Assembly: GCF_009914755.1 (NCBI RefSeq)
Contig: NC_060930.1
DNA: 64,000 nt
Source: the human T2T-CHM13v2.0 reference genome, Homo sapiens
Direction: 5' to 3' (one strand)
Shown here in pieces: positions 35,724-49,377 of this stretch. How positions within the stretch are numbered: position 1 is the first letter of the stretch; the number at the start of each line of letters is the position of its first letter. Both the position numbers and the translations under genes were made by a program. The notes below the pieces were generated by a model. That model ran no database searches. It saw only the letters and a list, made by a program, of their open reading frames with translations, and was not told the origin of the DNA.

Positions 35724-36076
35724 TGATATGTATGGTTTGGCTCTGTGTCCTCACCCGAATCTCACCTTGAATTGTAATAACCCCCACGTGTCGTGGAAGA
35801 CATCCGGTGGGAAATAATTGAATCATGAAGGCAGGTTTTTCCCATGCTGTCTTTGTGATAGTGAATGAGATCTGATGATTTTATAAAGGGGGTTACCCTG
35901 CACATGCCTTTTATGCCTGCTGCCATGTGAGACGTCACTTTGCTCTTCCTTCATCTTCCACCATGATTGTGAGGCCTCCCCATCCATGTGGAACTGTGAG
36001 TCCATTAAACATCTTTCCTTATAATTGCGCAGTCTTTGTTGTGTCTTTATTAGCAGCATGAAAATGGACCAATATA
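35724..36076 (+). mobile_element. THE1 (B/C-like) solo LTR with TAATTGAATCA at 35815-35825
   Basis: tgatatg..gtttggctctgtgtcc start; ccaatata end; near-TSD gccct/gacct. Confidence 0.9.
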
Positions 36077-36460
36077 GACCTCTTACACCTATATATGAAC
36101 TGATTTTCAAACAGCTTCAGTGCTCCCCAGTCATGGAGGACCAGGAGATGCACCCAGTGTTGCCTTGTTAAGGTACAAGTAATAAATGAGTGAGCATGGA
36201 ATAAACAGATCTCCAGTTAGAATAAAATAAAATCACTTTAGAAATGCAAAGGAAAAAAAATAAACTCAATTTTTGAACTACAGGAATACTGAGACATGTG
36301 ATAAGCCTCCCTCTAATTATACTATGTTTTCTGAGCTGCCTCTGTGCTGTACTGGTAAATACAGAAAATTAAACTGACTCTATTGCTACAGTGGAGACAG
36401 CCAAAGAGGAATTAGTACTTCCTTTGCTTTGTGGCCCTGGTAAGCACTTAGGAGGCAGAC

Positions 36461-36486
36461 CAAAAAAAAAAAAAAAAAAAAAAAAA
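36461..36486. repeat. Poly(A)26 homopolymer
   Basis: Uninterrupted A run with no adjacent SINE or LINE body. Confidence 0.9.
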
Positions 36487-36900
36487 AGAAGTCAGCACCA
36501 GACGGCTCTTAGCAGAAATGTTCTTAATCATTGAATTGTCCCAAGGAGAAAGCCAAGGAGACATGCTTTTGAAGGAGGTTGTTACTGAAATTTCATAAAT
36601 CCATCTGTTTTCTTGGCCTAGTGTGTATGACCCAGGCCCTATAACTTCAGTTATAGTGGCCAGAACCTATAAATCTATACTCTAGCTCAGCTCCCTGGAT
36701 CTATCATAATACTGTTTAAGGCTGTTTCTTGCAAAACGCACACACACACACACAGGCACATTTCAAATTTTAACAATATTAATGCCTACGTGTACTCAGT
36801 ATCAAAATTAAAAATATCATTCAAGAAGCACCCAAAATATGCAATAAGACCTAAAACTGTCTAATAGTATTTTGTGGTAACATGTTACATGTTTACATGA

Positions 36901-37262
<362 letters not shown>

Positions 37263-38544
37263 CAGATGGCTTTGATACTTCCCTGGTGTTTAGATGATGG
37301 TGATTCAGGTATACTATGATAATATCTCAGTAACATGAAAAACTACAACCTTTTGGTTGAAATAACCTTGGCTATAATAATAAAAATAAAGCTGAACAGC
37401 ATTTTCTGACTTAATTCCCACATCAACCTCATTAGATAATGTTTATGATTATCCACATGTCCAAATGAGGAAATTGGGAGTGAGTTTAAGTATCTTACTT
37501 TTAGTCACACAGCTGGTAAGTAGTGTAACCTACACAGCTTTTGAATTATGCCCTAACTACTACTAAATTGCCATATCAGTTAGCATGTTGATCACTTCAA
37601 ATAGTAGGCAATTTACTACATGTATTTAATCCCATTATATTTTCTAAAATGTTAGATGTTGCTTTAAAAAGCAAAATCTGAACCCAATTTATGTCCTGTC
37701 TCCAATGTATGTCCACTTGTCTGTAGCTACTGAGACTGAAGAGCAGCATCCAAGAGAGATACTTTGTGGAAATTCCTTTTCTTACATTTAGAATGAATGA
37801 CTCAGCCATGATCCATTGAAGAAGACATTATTGAGCGCTTATTATGCGTACGGAAATATATGGTAAAAAGATGAACTAGTGTAAATCATTCCTGCGTAAT
37901 CTTTCAGCCCAATAAGGGAGATAGCATGAATTTAAAACAATTTAGAAAATAGGTATAAAAGGGAAGTACAAATAAAACGTCATAGGATTTAGAAGAGGAA
38001 GATATTGCTCTTATGGGAAGAAATTTGAGACCGTTTGATAGGGAATGAGAGGGCATTGGTGTTCAAGCTAAATAATGGACAAGGTTTAGAGAAACAAAGA
38101 TGGGAAACCCTTCTTTGCAATGGTAGCATAGGCAAAAAAGTAGAGGCTGGAAAGTGTGACTCTTCTGTGGGTATAACAATGTTGAAAATAGTCACCACTC
38201 AGTGAGTATCTATATGACATAGACTGTGGTGTGCACTTGGCATACCTTCCTTTCAAATCCATGGTAACCTTGTAAGATAGATATTACAGATGTGGAAATT
38301 GGAGTGCAGGGAGCTTTAAAGATTTCTCCGTGGGAGTAGCTTCTCAGTATTAGTTTGAATTCCAACCCAAATTTGATTGGGTTACCATATGACACAGGTT
38401 TTCACAAACTACAAAAAAGCAGTATCCCTTATTGTGGATAAATATTTGAAAGGGACTGATGAAACCAAAAAAAATTGAAAAGTTAAATTGGGTCCTGGAA
38501 AAAAATAGCGTGTTTTTATACGCCAAGGATTGTTGTGACTCTTT

Positions 38545-38722
38545 CTTCACTTAATACTCATAATAACTCTATGAAGTAAGTATTATTACGATTAACCCCT
38601 TTGCTAGAGGAGAAATCTGAGCTATACAGAAAGTAAGTTTCCTGGGGACTCAGAGCCAGAATTCAAACCCAGAAGTCTAGCATTCGAATTTGGGCTTTTA
38701 ACCACTAGGATTGGCTGCCTCT
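38545..38722 (-). mobile_element. MIR within scattered L2 fragments (~37820-39060)
   Basis: ttaatactcataataactctatgaagtaagtattatt...agagccagaattcaaacccag. Confidence 0.7.
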
Positions 38723-39719
38723 CAGATGACTGAGGATAGAGAATTTTGAAAGGCTGAGTAAGGGATTTGGATTTCCTTATGAAATAACAAGGAGGCAGTG
38801 AAAATGTTTGATCAGAAAGGTGACAAAATCAGAGCTTACACTTGAGATAAATTATCTTGATGCAATGTATGCTTTGGATCAAAAAGGGGAGGGCCAAACA
38901 AGGGATAATTTTCCTATCTGGATGAAATATAATCAAGGAATGAATTACTTTATTTTTGGAGGGAAGCAAATACTTGGGCAAGAGATATTTTAAAAGGAAA
39001 ATGGCAGATTTTGTCACTTATTAGAAGACGTGAGAACCAGGGAAGATCTAGGAGACATTTCTAATGAGAATAGAGGTTTGTGGCTTTCTAGAATGTTCAT
39101 GAACCCTTCAAGGATTCCTTTGTATCTTTACTCTCTTTTCTTGATAGTCTTGCCCTGAGTTCCATCTAATGCTTGTCCACTAACCACACTGGTTACCCAG
39201 CAGCCTCTCATGTATGTTAATCACTTAACTTAAGAGTGGAGTAAATGTCCTGCTTATTTTTCCTTCCTCTCTCAAAATCTTTATATATTTTGATGTATAG
39301 GCCACTGGGAGACATTATCTGCTACTGCTCCTCAACCCACCTCCCTGACATTCACTCTTATTAATGGAAAATTTGGTCACCTGGGTCAGTCACTGTCTTT
39401 ATATTCATTACTTCATAATTCTTGATGAATTTTTAAAATATGGAGAATATTTCATATCACACATATTATGTTACATGTATAATACATAAAATATTGCATA
39501 ATCATGTGCATATGTGTAGGTGTGCATGTGTATGTATGTGTATGTATATACACATATCCTGGCATCCCATTTCAGCTTCCTTCTGTTATGTTTTTTACCA
39601 ATAACTGCTGTGCTACATCCAAACTTGTATTTTAGGTATCCCACCTTCAAACCTGTGCTGAGAATTGTCGCTACCTGTGACTCTAGTGCCCACTTCAGCA
39701 ACTCCTCATTCCCATCAAC

Positions 39720-42700
39720 CAAGAGACTGCTGATGTCATCCCTCCTCTAACCTCAGGCTGCACAGCCTGAGACTCCAAAAGAGGCCCCATGGCAGTGTTG
39801 GTACCTAAGGTGCAAGGCAAAGACCCCTTTACTTTTCCCTCTGCTTTCCTCAAGCAGAAAATGTTTTGCCCCATAGACACCACAGCTGGTTATATACTGG
39901 GTCTCACTTGACGCCAGCAAGTCTCAGAGACTCACCAATACCCTTTGTTTAGTACCTGGGTATGGCTGCTGGTTATTCAGGGCCCAAGGGCTCTTCAGTT
40001 AGCAGGTGATTAATCCTGGCAGGACTGGGTCCTTTCCTTCAAGGCAGTGATTTTCCTTCTGGCCTAGGTTGTATCTAGAAGTGTATTCTGGAAGACAGGG
40101 CCTGAAATGGGGGCCTCCTTACTCGGACCACTGCTGTGGCTAGCCGTAAATTAGTCTTCCTCAGTCTTCCCTCTTATGTCCTCAAGCAGAAAGAAGGGGT
40201 CTCTGCCATGGGGAGTAGAGTTCCAAGTGAGCTCTTGGGGTCCCAATTCTAAAACAGTCAAGTTTTAGAGTCAACTATGATGGCATTTCTGGACCTGCCC
40301 TGGGCCGAAGGGGAGCCCACTGCCCTGAAGGAAAAGTCACAGGCCAGGCACCATTCATGACAAGCTGACTTAAAAGACCTTGGGCCTTAAGGGAACATTG
40401 GCGGTAGTCTGGAAGTATTTCTTGTGGCACAGGATGGCAGTGGCTATGGAGTGAGGACCCTTGCCTTTGGAAAGGGAAAGGGGGACATCATGTTTGAGTG
40501 CCAACTCAGCCGCAATAAAATAGAATATCAGGTAAATTTCTAAGGTTTCTGACCATAGTCCCTGACTCCTGGATGGCACTTCTGGACCCACGTGGGTCTT
40601 AGGGGACCTTGCCGCCCTGAAGGAAAGGACATAGGCCTGGCTGGCTTTGCCACCTACTGATTGTAGAGGCCCAGGGCCTTGAATAAACATAGGCAGTATC
40701 CAGGGACTGGTTACGGCAGGTCTTGGGTGAGATGCAGTGTTGTGCTGGTTTCAGGTCTGACCCAATGCAGTCATAGTGGTGGTGGCCACAGGTGTGCTTG
40801 TCACTCCACCCTCAGCTTTAGGTGGCTCAGAAAAGAGAGAGAGACTGTATGCTTGGGAAAAAGTAAGAAAGAGAACAAGACCGTCTGCCTGAAAAAGCAG
40901 AGAATTCTCCTGGATTTTGCCTAAGACCATCAAGTTGGTACTTCTATGAGTCTGCAAGAACCAGAGTTACAGGGCTAAGGGTGTCCCTAAACAGAAACAG
41001 CTTAGATCACAACTCCCAAGTCTTTTCAAATATCCAGTAAGCCTTTCTAAGAAGGAGAGCTACAGATGAGCCCAGGCAGTGAAGACTACATTAAATAACC
41101 CTTCAATGACCAGACACTGAAGAACATCTACGAGCATCAACACCATTCATGAAAACATGACTGCACCAAATGAATTAAACAAGACACCAGGGACCAATCC
41201 TGGAGAAACAGAGATATGTGACCTTTCAGATAGAGAATTCAAAATAGCTGTGTTGAGGAAATTCAAAGAAATTCGAGATAACACAGAGCAGGAATTCAGA
41301 ATTGTATCAGGTAAATTTAACAAATAGATTGAAATAATTAAAAAGAATCAGGAAGAAATTCTGGAGCTTAATAATGTAATTGGCATACAGAAGAATGCAG
41401 CAGAGTTTTTAATAGCAGAATGGATCAAGCAGAAGAAGGAATTAGTGAGCTTGAAGACACACTACTGGAAAATACACAGAAGAGACAAAAGAAAAAAGAA
41501 TAGAATACAATATAGCATACCTACAGGGTCTAGAAAATAAACTAAAAGGGAACATCTAAGAATTATTGGCCTTAAAGAGGAGGTAGAGAAAGAGATAGGG
41601 GTAGAAAGTTTATTCAATGGGATAACAACGAGAACTTCCCAAATGTATAGAAAGATATCAATATCCAAGTATAAGGTTATAAAACACCAAGCAGATTTAA
41701 CCTAAAGATTATCTCAAAGCATTCAATAATCAAACTCTGAAAGGTCACAAATAAAGAAATAATCCTAAAAGTAGCAAGAGAAAATAAAAAAAATCATACA
41801 GTGGAGCTCCAATACATCTGCCAGCAGCCTTTCAATGGAAACCTTATGGGTCAGGAGAGAGCGGAATGACATATTTAAACTGCTGAAGGAAAATAACTTT
41901 TACCCTAAGATAGTATGTCTGGCAAAAATATCCTTCAAACATGAAGGAGAAATAAAGACTTTTCCAGACTGACAAAACCTGAGGGATTTCATCAATGCCA
42001 GACACGCCCTACAGGAAATGCTAAAGGGAGTACTCCAATAAGAAAGAAAAGGAAATTAATGAACAACAAATAGTTACCTGAAGGTACAAAACTCACTGGT
42101 AATAGTAAGTACACAAAAACACAGAATATTATAGCAATGTAACTGTGGTGTGTAAACTATTTTTATCCTAAGTAGAAAGACTAAACAATGAACCAATCAA
42201 AAATAATAACCAATCAAAAAATTTTCAAGACATACTTAATGCAATAACATATTACCAGAAACAGCAAAAAGTTAAAAAGTGGAGGAATGATGTCAAGGCA
42301 TAGAGATTTTTATTAGTTTTCTTTTTGCTTGTTTGTTTGTTTATGCAAATAGTGTTAAGTTGTTATCAGGTTTACCTAGTTGGTTGTAAGATGGTATTTG
42401 CAAGCCTCATGGTAACCCCAAATGAAAAAACATACAATGGAAACACAAAAAATAAAAAGTAAGAAATGAAATTATATCACCAGAGAAAATCACTTTCAAT
42501 AGAGAAAGACAGAAAGGAAAGGCAGAAGGAAGAGAAGACCACAAACAATGAGAAAATAAACAAATAACAAAATGCCAGGAGTAAGTCCTCCCTTATCAAT
42601 AATAACATTGAATGTACATGGACTAAACTCTCCAATCAAAAGGCATAGACTGGCAGGATGAAAGAAAAAACAAGACCCATTGATCTGTTGCCTACAACAA

Positions 42701-45700
42701 TGTACTTCACCTATGAAGACAAATATAGACTGAAAATAAAAGGATGGAATAAAATATTCCATGCCAATGGAAACCAGAAAAAGGGCAAGCATCACTATAC
42801 TTATATTAGACAAAATAGATTTTGAGACAAAACCTGTAAGAAGAGACAAAGAAGGTCACTACATAATAATAAAAGGGTCAATTTGGCAAGAGAATATAAC
42901 AATTTTAAATACATATGCACCCAACACTGGAGCAACCAGATATATAAAATAAATATTATTAGAGCTAAAGAGAGAGATAGTCCCTCATACAATAATAGCT
43001 GGAGACTTCAACACCCCACTTTCAGCATTGGCCAGATCTTCCAGACAGGAAATCAACAAAGAAACATTGGAATTAATCTGTACTATAGACCAAGTGGATC
43101 TAAGAGATATTTACATGATATTTCATCCAAGAACTGCAGAATACAGATTCTTTTCCCCAGCTCATGGATTACTCTCAAGGATAAACCATATGTTAGGTCA
43201 CAAAACGAGTCTTAAAACCCTCAAAAACACTGAAATAATATCAAACATCTCTGACAACAATTGACTAAAATCAGAAACTAATAACAAGAGGAATATTGGA
43301 AACTATACAAATACATGGAAACTAAATAATATGTTCCTGAATGACCAGTGAGTCAATGAAAAGTTAAGAAGAAAAGTGAAAAATTTATTGAAACAAATGA
43401 TAATGGAAACACAAGATACAAAAACCTATGAGATGCAGCAAAAGCAGTATTAAAAAAGAAGTTCGTAGCTATGAATGCCTACCGTAAAAAAGAAGAAAAA
43501 CTTTAAATGAAATTTAATGATGCATCTTAAAGAACTAAAAAGACAAGAGCAAAGCAAACCCCAAATTAATAGAAGAAAAGAAATAATAAAGATCAGATTA
43601 GAAATAAATGAAATTGAAATAAAAAAATACAAAAGATCAATGAAACAAATAGTTGGTTTTGTTTAACAAAAGCAATAAAAATTAATCAAAATTGACCAAT
43701 CTTTAGCCAGAATAAGAAAAAAAAGAAGATACAAATAAATAGAATCAGAAATGAAAAAGGAGACCTTACAACTCTTACTGCAGAAATTCAAAGGCTCATT
43801 AGTGGCTACTATGGACAACTATATGCCAAGAAATTGGAAAATATAGAATAAATGGACAAATTTCTACATACATACAACCTTCCAAGGTCTAACCAGGAAG
43901 AAATGCAAAATGTAAACAGACCAATAACAAGTAATGAGATTAAAGCTGTTATAAAAAGTCTTCCAGTAAACAAAAGCCCAGGACTCGATGGTTTCACTGC
44001 TGAATTCTGCCACTTAAAGAACTAATACCAACTCTACTCAAACTATTTCAAAAACAGTAGAGGAGAAGGGAATACTTCCAAACTCATTCTACAAGGCCAA
44101 TATTACCCTGATACTAAAACCAGACACATGTAAAAAAGAAAATTACAAGCCAATATCTCTGATAACTATTGCTGCAAAAATCCTCAACAAAATACTAGCA
44201 AACTGAATTCAACAATACATTTGAAAGATCATTCATCATGACCAAGTGCAATTTATCCCTGGAATGTAAGTATGTTTCAACATACACAAATTAATTAACA
44301 TGATACATTGTATCAACAGAGTGAAGGTTAAAAACCATATGATCATTTCAATTGATGCTGAAAAAGAATATGGTGAAATTCAACATCCATTCATGAAGAA
44401 AACCCTCAAAAACTGGGTATAGAAGGAACATACCTCGACATAATAAAAGTCACATATGACAGACCCACAGCTAGTATCATACTTAATGGGGAAAAACAGA
44501 AAGTCTTTACTCTAAGATTTGTAACATGACAGGGATGCCCACTGTCACTGTGTTATTCAATATAGAACTGGAAGTACTAGCTAGAGCAATTAGACAAGAG
44601 AAAGATATATAGGACATCCAAATTGAAAGGAAGGAGTCAAATTATTCTTATTTGCTGATAATATGATCTTATATTTTGAAAAACCTAGACTCTGCAAGGA
44701 AACTATTAGAACTGATAAACAAATTTGGTAAAATTTCAGGATACAAAAATTAACTTACAAAATCAGTAGAGTTTCTATATGCCAACAGTGAACAATGTGA
44801 AAAAGAAATTTTAAAAGTAATCCCATTCACAATAGCCATACATAAAATTAGATACCTAGAAATTAACTTATCCAAAGTGAAAGATCTCTATAATGAAAAC
44901 TATAAAATGCTGATAAAGGAAATTGAAGAGAACATCAAAAAATGGAAAAATACTCCATGTTCATGGATTGGAAGAATCAATATAGTTGAAGTGTTCATAC
45001 TAAAGCAATTTACAGATTCAATGCAATCCCTATCAAAATACCAATGACATTCTTCACAGAAATAGAAAAAACAATTCTAAATTTCTAAAATTTATATGGA
45101 ACCACAAAAAAAACCCACAATAGCCAAAGCTATCCTAAGCAGAAAGAACAATACCAGAGGAATCATGTTACCTGATTTCAAATTATACCAAACAGCCTGG
45201 TATTGGCATAAAAACAGACACATGAACCAATTTAACAGAATACAGAACCCAGACACAAATCCATACGCCTGTTGTGAACTCATTTTTGACAAAGGTGTCA
45301 AGAACATATACTGAGGAAAAGACAGTCTCTTCAATAAATGATGCTGGGAAAACTGGATAACCAAATGCAAAAGAATAAAACTAGACCCCTATCTCTTGCC
45401 ATATTAAAAAATAAAATCAAAATGGATTAAAGACTTAAATTTGAGACCTAAAACTATGAAACGACCACAAGAAAACATTGAAGAAAATCTCCAGCACATT
45501 GATCTGGACAAAGATTTTTTGAGTAATACCCCACAAGCACAGGCAACAAAAGCAAATATGGACAAATGGGATCACATCAAGTTAAAAAGCTTCTGCACAG
45601 CAAAGTGCAGAAAAAAACCCAGAGAATAGAAGAAAAATATTTGCAAACTACCCCTTTGACAAAGGATTAATAGTTAGAATACGTAAGGAGCTCAAACAAC

Positions 45701-46716
45701 TCTATAGAAAAAAAATCAAATAACTTGATCAAACCATGGGCAAATGATTTGAACAGCCATTTCTCAAAAGAAGACTTATGAATGGCAAACAGGCAACTGA
45801 AATGATGCCCTACCTCACTGATCATTAGTGAAATGAAAATCAAAACTACAATCAGATATCATCTCATCCCATTTAAAATGGCTTATATCAAAAAAAAAAA
45901 AAACAGGTAATAACAAATACTGACAAGGATGTGGAGAAAAGGCAACCCTTGTATACTGTTGGTGGGAATGCAAATTAATACAATAACTATGAAGAATAGT
46001 TTGGAGTTTCTCAACAACCTAAAAATTGAGCTACCATATGATCCAGCAATCCCACTGCTGGATATGTAACCAAAAGAAAGGAAATCAGTATATCGAAGAG
46101 ATATCTGCACTCCTATGTTTGTTGCAGCACTGTTTACAATAGCTAAGATTTGGAAGCAATCTATGTGTCCATCAGCAGACGAAGGGATAAATAAAATGTG
46201 CTGCACATACAAAATGGAGTACTACACATCTATAAAAATGAATGAGATTCTGTCATTTGCAGAATGGATGGAACTGGAGATCATTATGTTAAGTGAAATA
46301 AGCCAGGCACAGAAAGACATGCATCACATGTTCTCATTTATTTATGGGATCTAAAAATCAAAACGATTGAACTCATGGACATAGAGAACAAAAGGATGGT
46401 CGCCAGAGGCTTGGAAGGGTAGTGTGCGGTTAGGGAGGAGGTGGGGGTAGTTAATGGTACAAAATACAGAAAGAATAAATAAGATCTACTCTTTGATAGC
46501 ACAATAGGGTGACCCTAGTCAATAATAATTTAAGTGTATATTTTTAAATAACTTAAATAATGTAAACGGATTGTTTGTAACTCAAAGGGCAAATGCTTGA
46601 GGGGATAGATATCCCATTGTCCAAGATGTGCTTATTTTTCATTGTGTAATTGTATCCAGATATCTCATGTACCCCATAAATATATACACCTACTATGTAC
46701 ACACAGTTTTTAAAAA
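39720..46716 (+). mobile_element. Long dead L1MA1/2 with repetitive 5'UTR and an internal inversion
   Basis: 5'UTR ~300-bp degenerate repeats, ORF1, long inter-ORF region, ORF2 fragments (42761, 43028, 45096, 46115 ORFs), L1MA 3' end ...atatatacacctactatgtac; 5' boundary approximate. Confidence 0.92.
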
Positions 46717-47989
46717 ATACGCCAAAATGTCTTAGAAAAAAATTATGGTGGAAGAACATATTTATTAACCATTTCTGGTTTGCAAATGAAAGCAACTCAA
46801 ATGAAACTGACTTCCAGCAGGAAATCTTTAAGATTCTGATATATTTATCTTGGAATTTGTCCTGGGCTTATGAGTATGATACAGGAATAATCCAGAAAAC
46901 AGAAGGCCATTTACTAAAAATGACCATAGCAGATGCTGGGTTTCATGCTGAAGCATTCTGAGTACTTTAGTCCTTTGAATTACTTTCTTTCCATGCAGTA
47001 ACTGCATCCTAGTACATTTATTCAACATGAAAACTGGGATTGATTTTTAAAAGTATAGAGTCTGCTTGCCCTGTGCCCTGTGTTCTACTGACCTGATTGG
47101 TAAAGATTTTCTGAGTTTTTGAAAGGACAAAAGTAAATTGAAAAGTAGTGAGAAAGAAAAAGCAAAAGTTGGATTAAATTATGTAAGTAGAAATAAAATT
47201 ATGTAGAAAATGCAAGTTATTAAGTCTATATTCTTGCTAGGACGGCTCTCAAATTTAAATATAATGCTTGTACCAGTAAAAGTGAGAAGAGAAATATTGC
47301 CAACTATACAATGCATGGTGGCCAAAGGATTAAAAGCTGTCCTGTTACTTTAGAGAAGCACAGCTGCCACTTATGCAATGCAATATCCTGAGATATTTCT
47401 CATAGGAATCATCATAGAAAAGATGATGTATATGCTGAGAAAAACACCTTAACATCATCTTCATAAATGACATTTATATTAGAAAATCTCTTCACATTTC
47501 AAGTCAAAAAATATAGAAATCTTATTAAATAAGACCTTTTCTTGGCCTGCCTTAAAGATACTTGGTGTACTAGAAACTGCTTAGAACATTCATCATGAGA
47601 GCAAATAGAAGGTGATTGTGAAACAAGTGACCTTAAAACTCTGAAATTTGACTGTTGAGACATGTCACAGCTCTGTGACAACTACAGCAGTGCCAGCACA
47701 GGCCCTTGATTCTATTACAAAAATAAAATCTTATAACAATGACAATCACTGTTGACAAGAATGCCCTTTTTTAGTCCTTCTCAGTGGTGACAGACCTAGT
47801 GTGTCAAATTTAGACCCAACAGAATTTTTTGAACAGAACAGGGCTCATCATTTTCTTGCTTTATAGCAGAATGCAATGAAGGAGCAGACTATCTTGTATT
47901 TGAAGCATACAGCCTACCTGGTTCCAAGTACTGTTGCTTATTAGTTGTACTCTCTCCCTCCCTCGCTCCTTTCCTTCCTTAATTTTTTT

Positions 47990-48530
47990 CTTTTATTCCT
48001 TCCTTTACACACCACTGATTTAACATGTGTTGAATACATAGTTTGTGCCAGGGAAATCTTTAGCAAGTAAGTAGTTAGGAAAGCATGTCTTATGTTTTAT
48101 GAGCTAAAAATGCAATTATGTTTTGAGAAAAGATGAAAAAAATGGAATTTTCTAGCTTTTTCTGGGGCCATCAAGAAAGACACGTCAGATGCATCTTTGA
48201 GGATAAATAATGGCTCACCAGAAAAATCAGACGGAAGAAGAAACAGGCTGTGATAACTCCAGAGCTTTGAAAGAGCATATTATGTTCTGGGAACTGCAAG
48301 TATTTTCAATGTCTGGAGAACAAGAGGCATATGTGTGACTGCAAAAGATAAACCATCATTTACATACTACTGACCCTCAAATTTAGTTTGTTGATAATTG
48401 AGAGTGATTGAAATGTTTAAAGCAGGACATTGAAATGAGTATATTTGTGTTTTAAATAGTGGCAAGGTGGAGGGAAAGTAGAGAGGTCAAGTCTGAAGGA
48501 GGAAATTCAGTTAACATGGAAACATAGAAA
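47990..48530 (-). mobile_element. L2 fragment
   Basis: atttaacatgtgttgaatacatagtttgtgccagg...tttaaagcaggac. Confidence 0.45.
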
Positions 48531-49377
48531 AGGAGAATGGTGAAGTGAAAGGAGCATGGGCATTAAAGCAGAAACCAAGGTACAAATCCCAGCGGATAAC
48601 AGTAATAACTGAGGTTGATATGGCACTTCAGAAATTCAGTATTTTAAGTGTTTTATCTTATTTAATTCAAATGTTCAACTATGTTCAAGAGGCTCTCAGC
48701 ATCTTGAATGTCTTATAATCCAGCTGTTGTTTTCAATATGCTGTGTAATTTTGTAGTCCAGTCAGGCAATATCCTTTTGGCAGAATTATTTTTTTAATGA
48801 TTCCATTTGGAAAATGTGTTAGCATTCCTCTTAGACAAAAATATCAATTTGATGAATAAAAATCAATGTATTGATTTCCACTTAGTATAAAGAATATAAA
48901 TTTGTAGAAAATACAATCGTAGAGTTTAGCCTTTTAATATTACAGGATACTTGAAGATCTTCGCATTCTCCCTAGAACCATAATTACCTCTTGAACATAA
49001 TACGTCTTTAAGAACTCAGTTATATACATGTTGAAGTTACACAAGGGAAGATAAGTTAAACCAGAAAGCTCCTTAGTGAGCAAAGAAACATAATCAGGAG
49101 GAAAAAAAAATGTATTCTTCAATTACTTAATGTTGTATGAAAATAATCTGCTGAATCTATTTCCAAAATGCTCATCTACTATTGAACTGGACTGTGTGAT
49201 TTTATTTTTATGTAAATTAAGATTTTTCATGTGATTTGGATAGCATAGGTTTTATAATTTATAATTTAGAAAAAAAAAAGTTTAGAATGTGTGGTTATGC
49301 CTCCAATGGTTCTGCAATTGTATAACTCATCTATCTATTCAGTAACGAATTACTATTGTTAAAGCACAAAAAATCTG

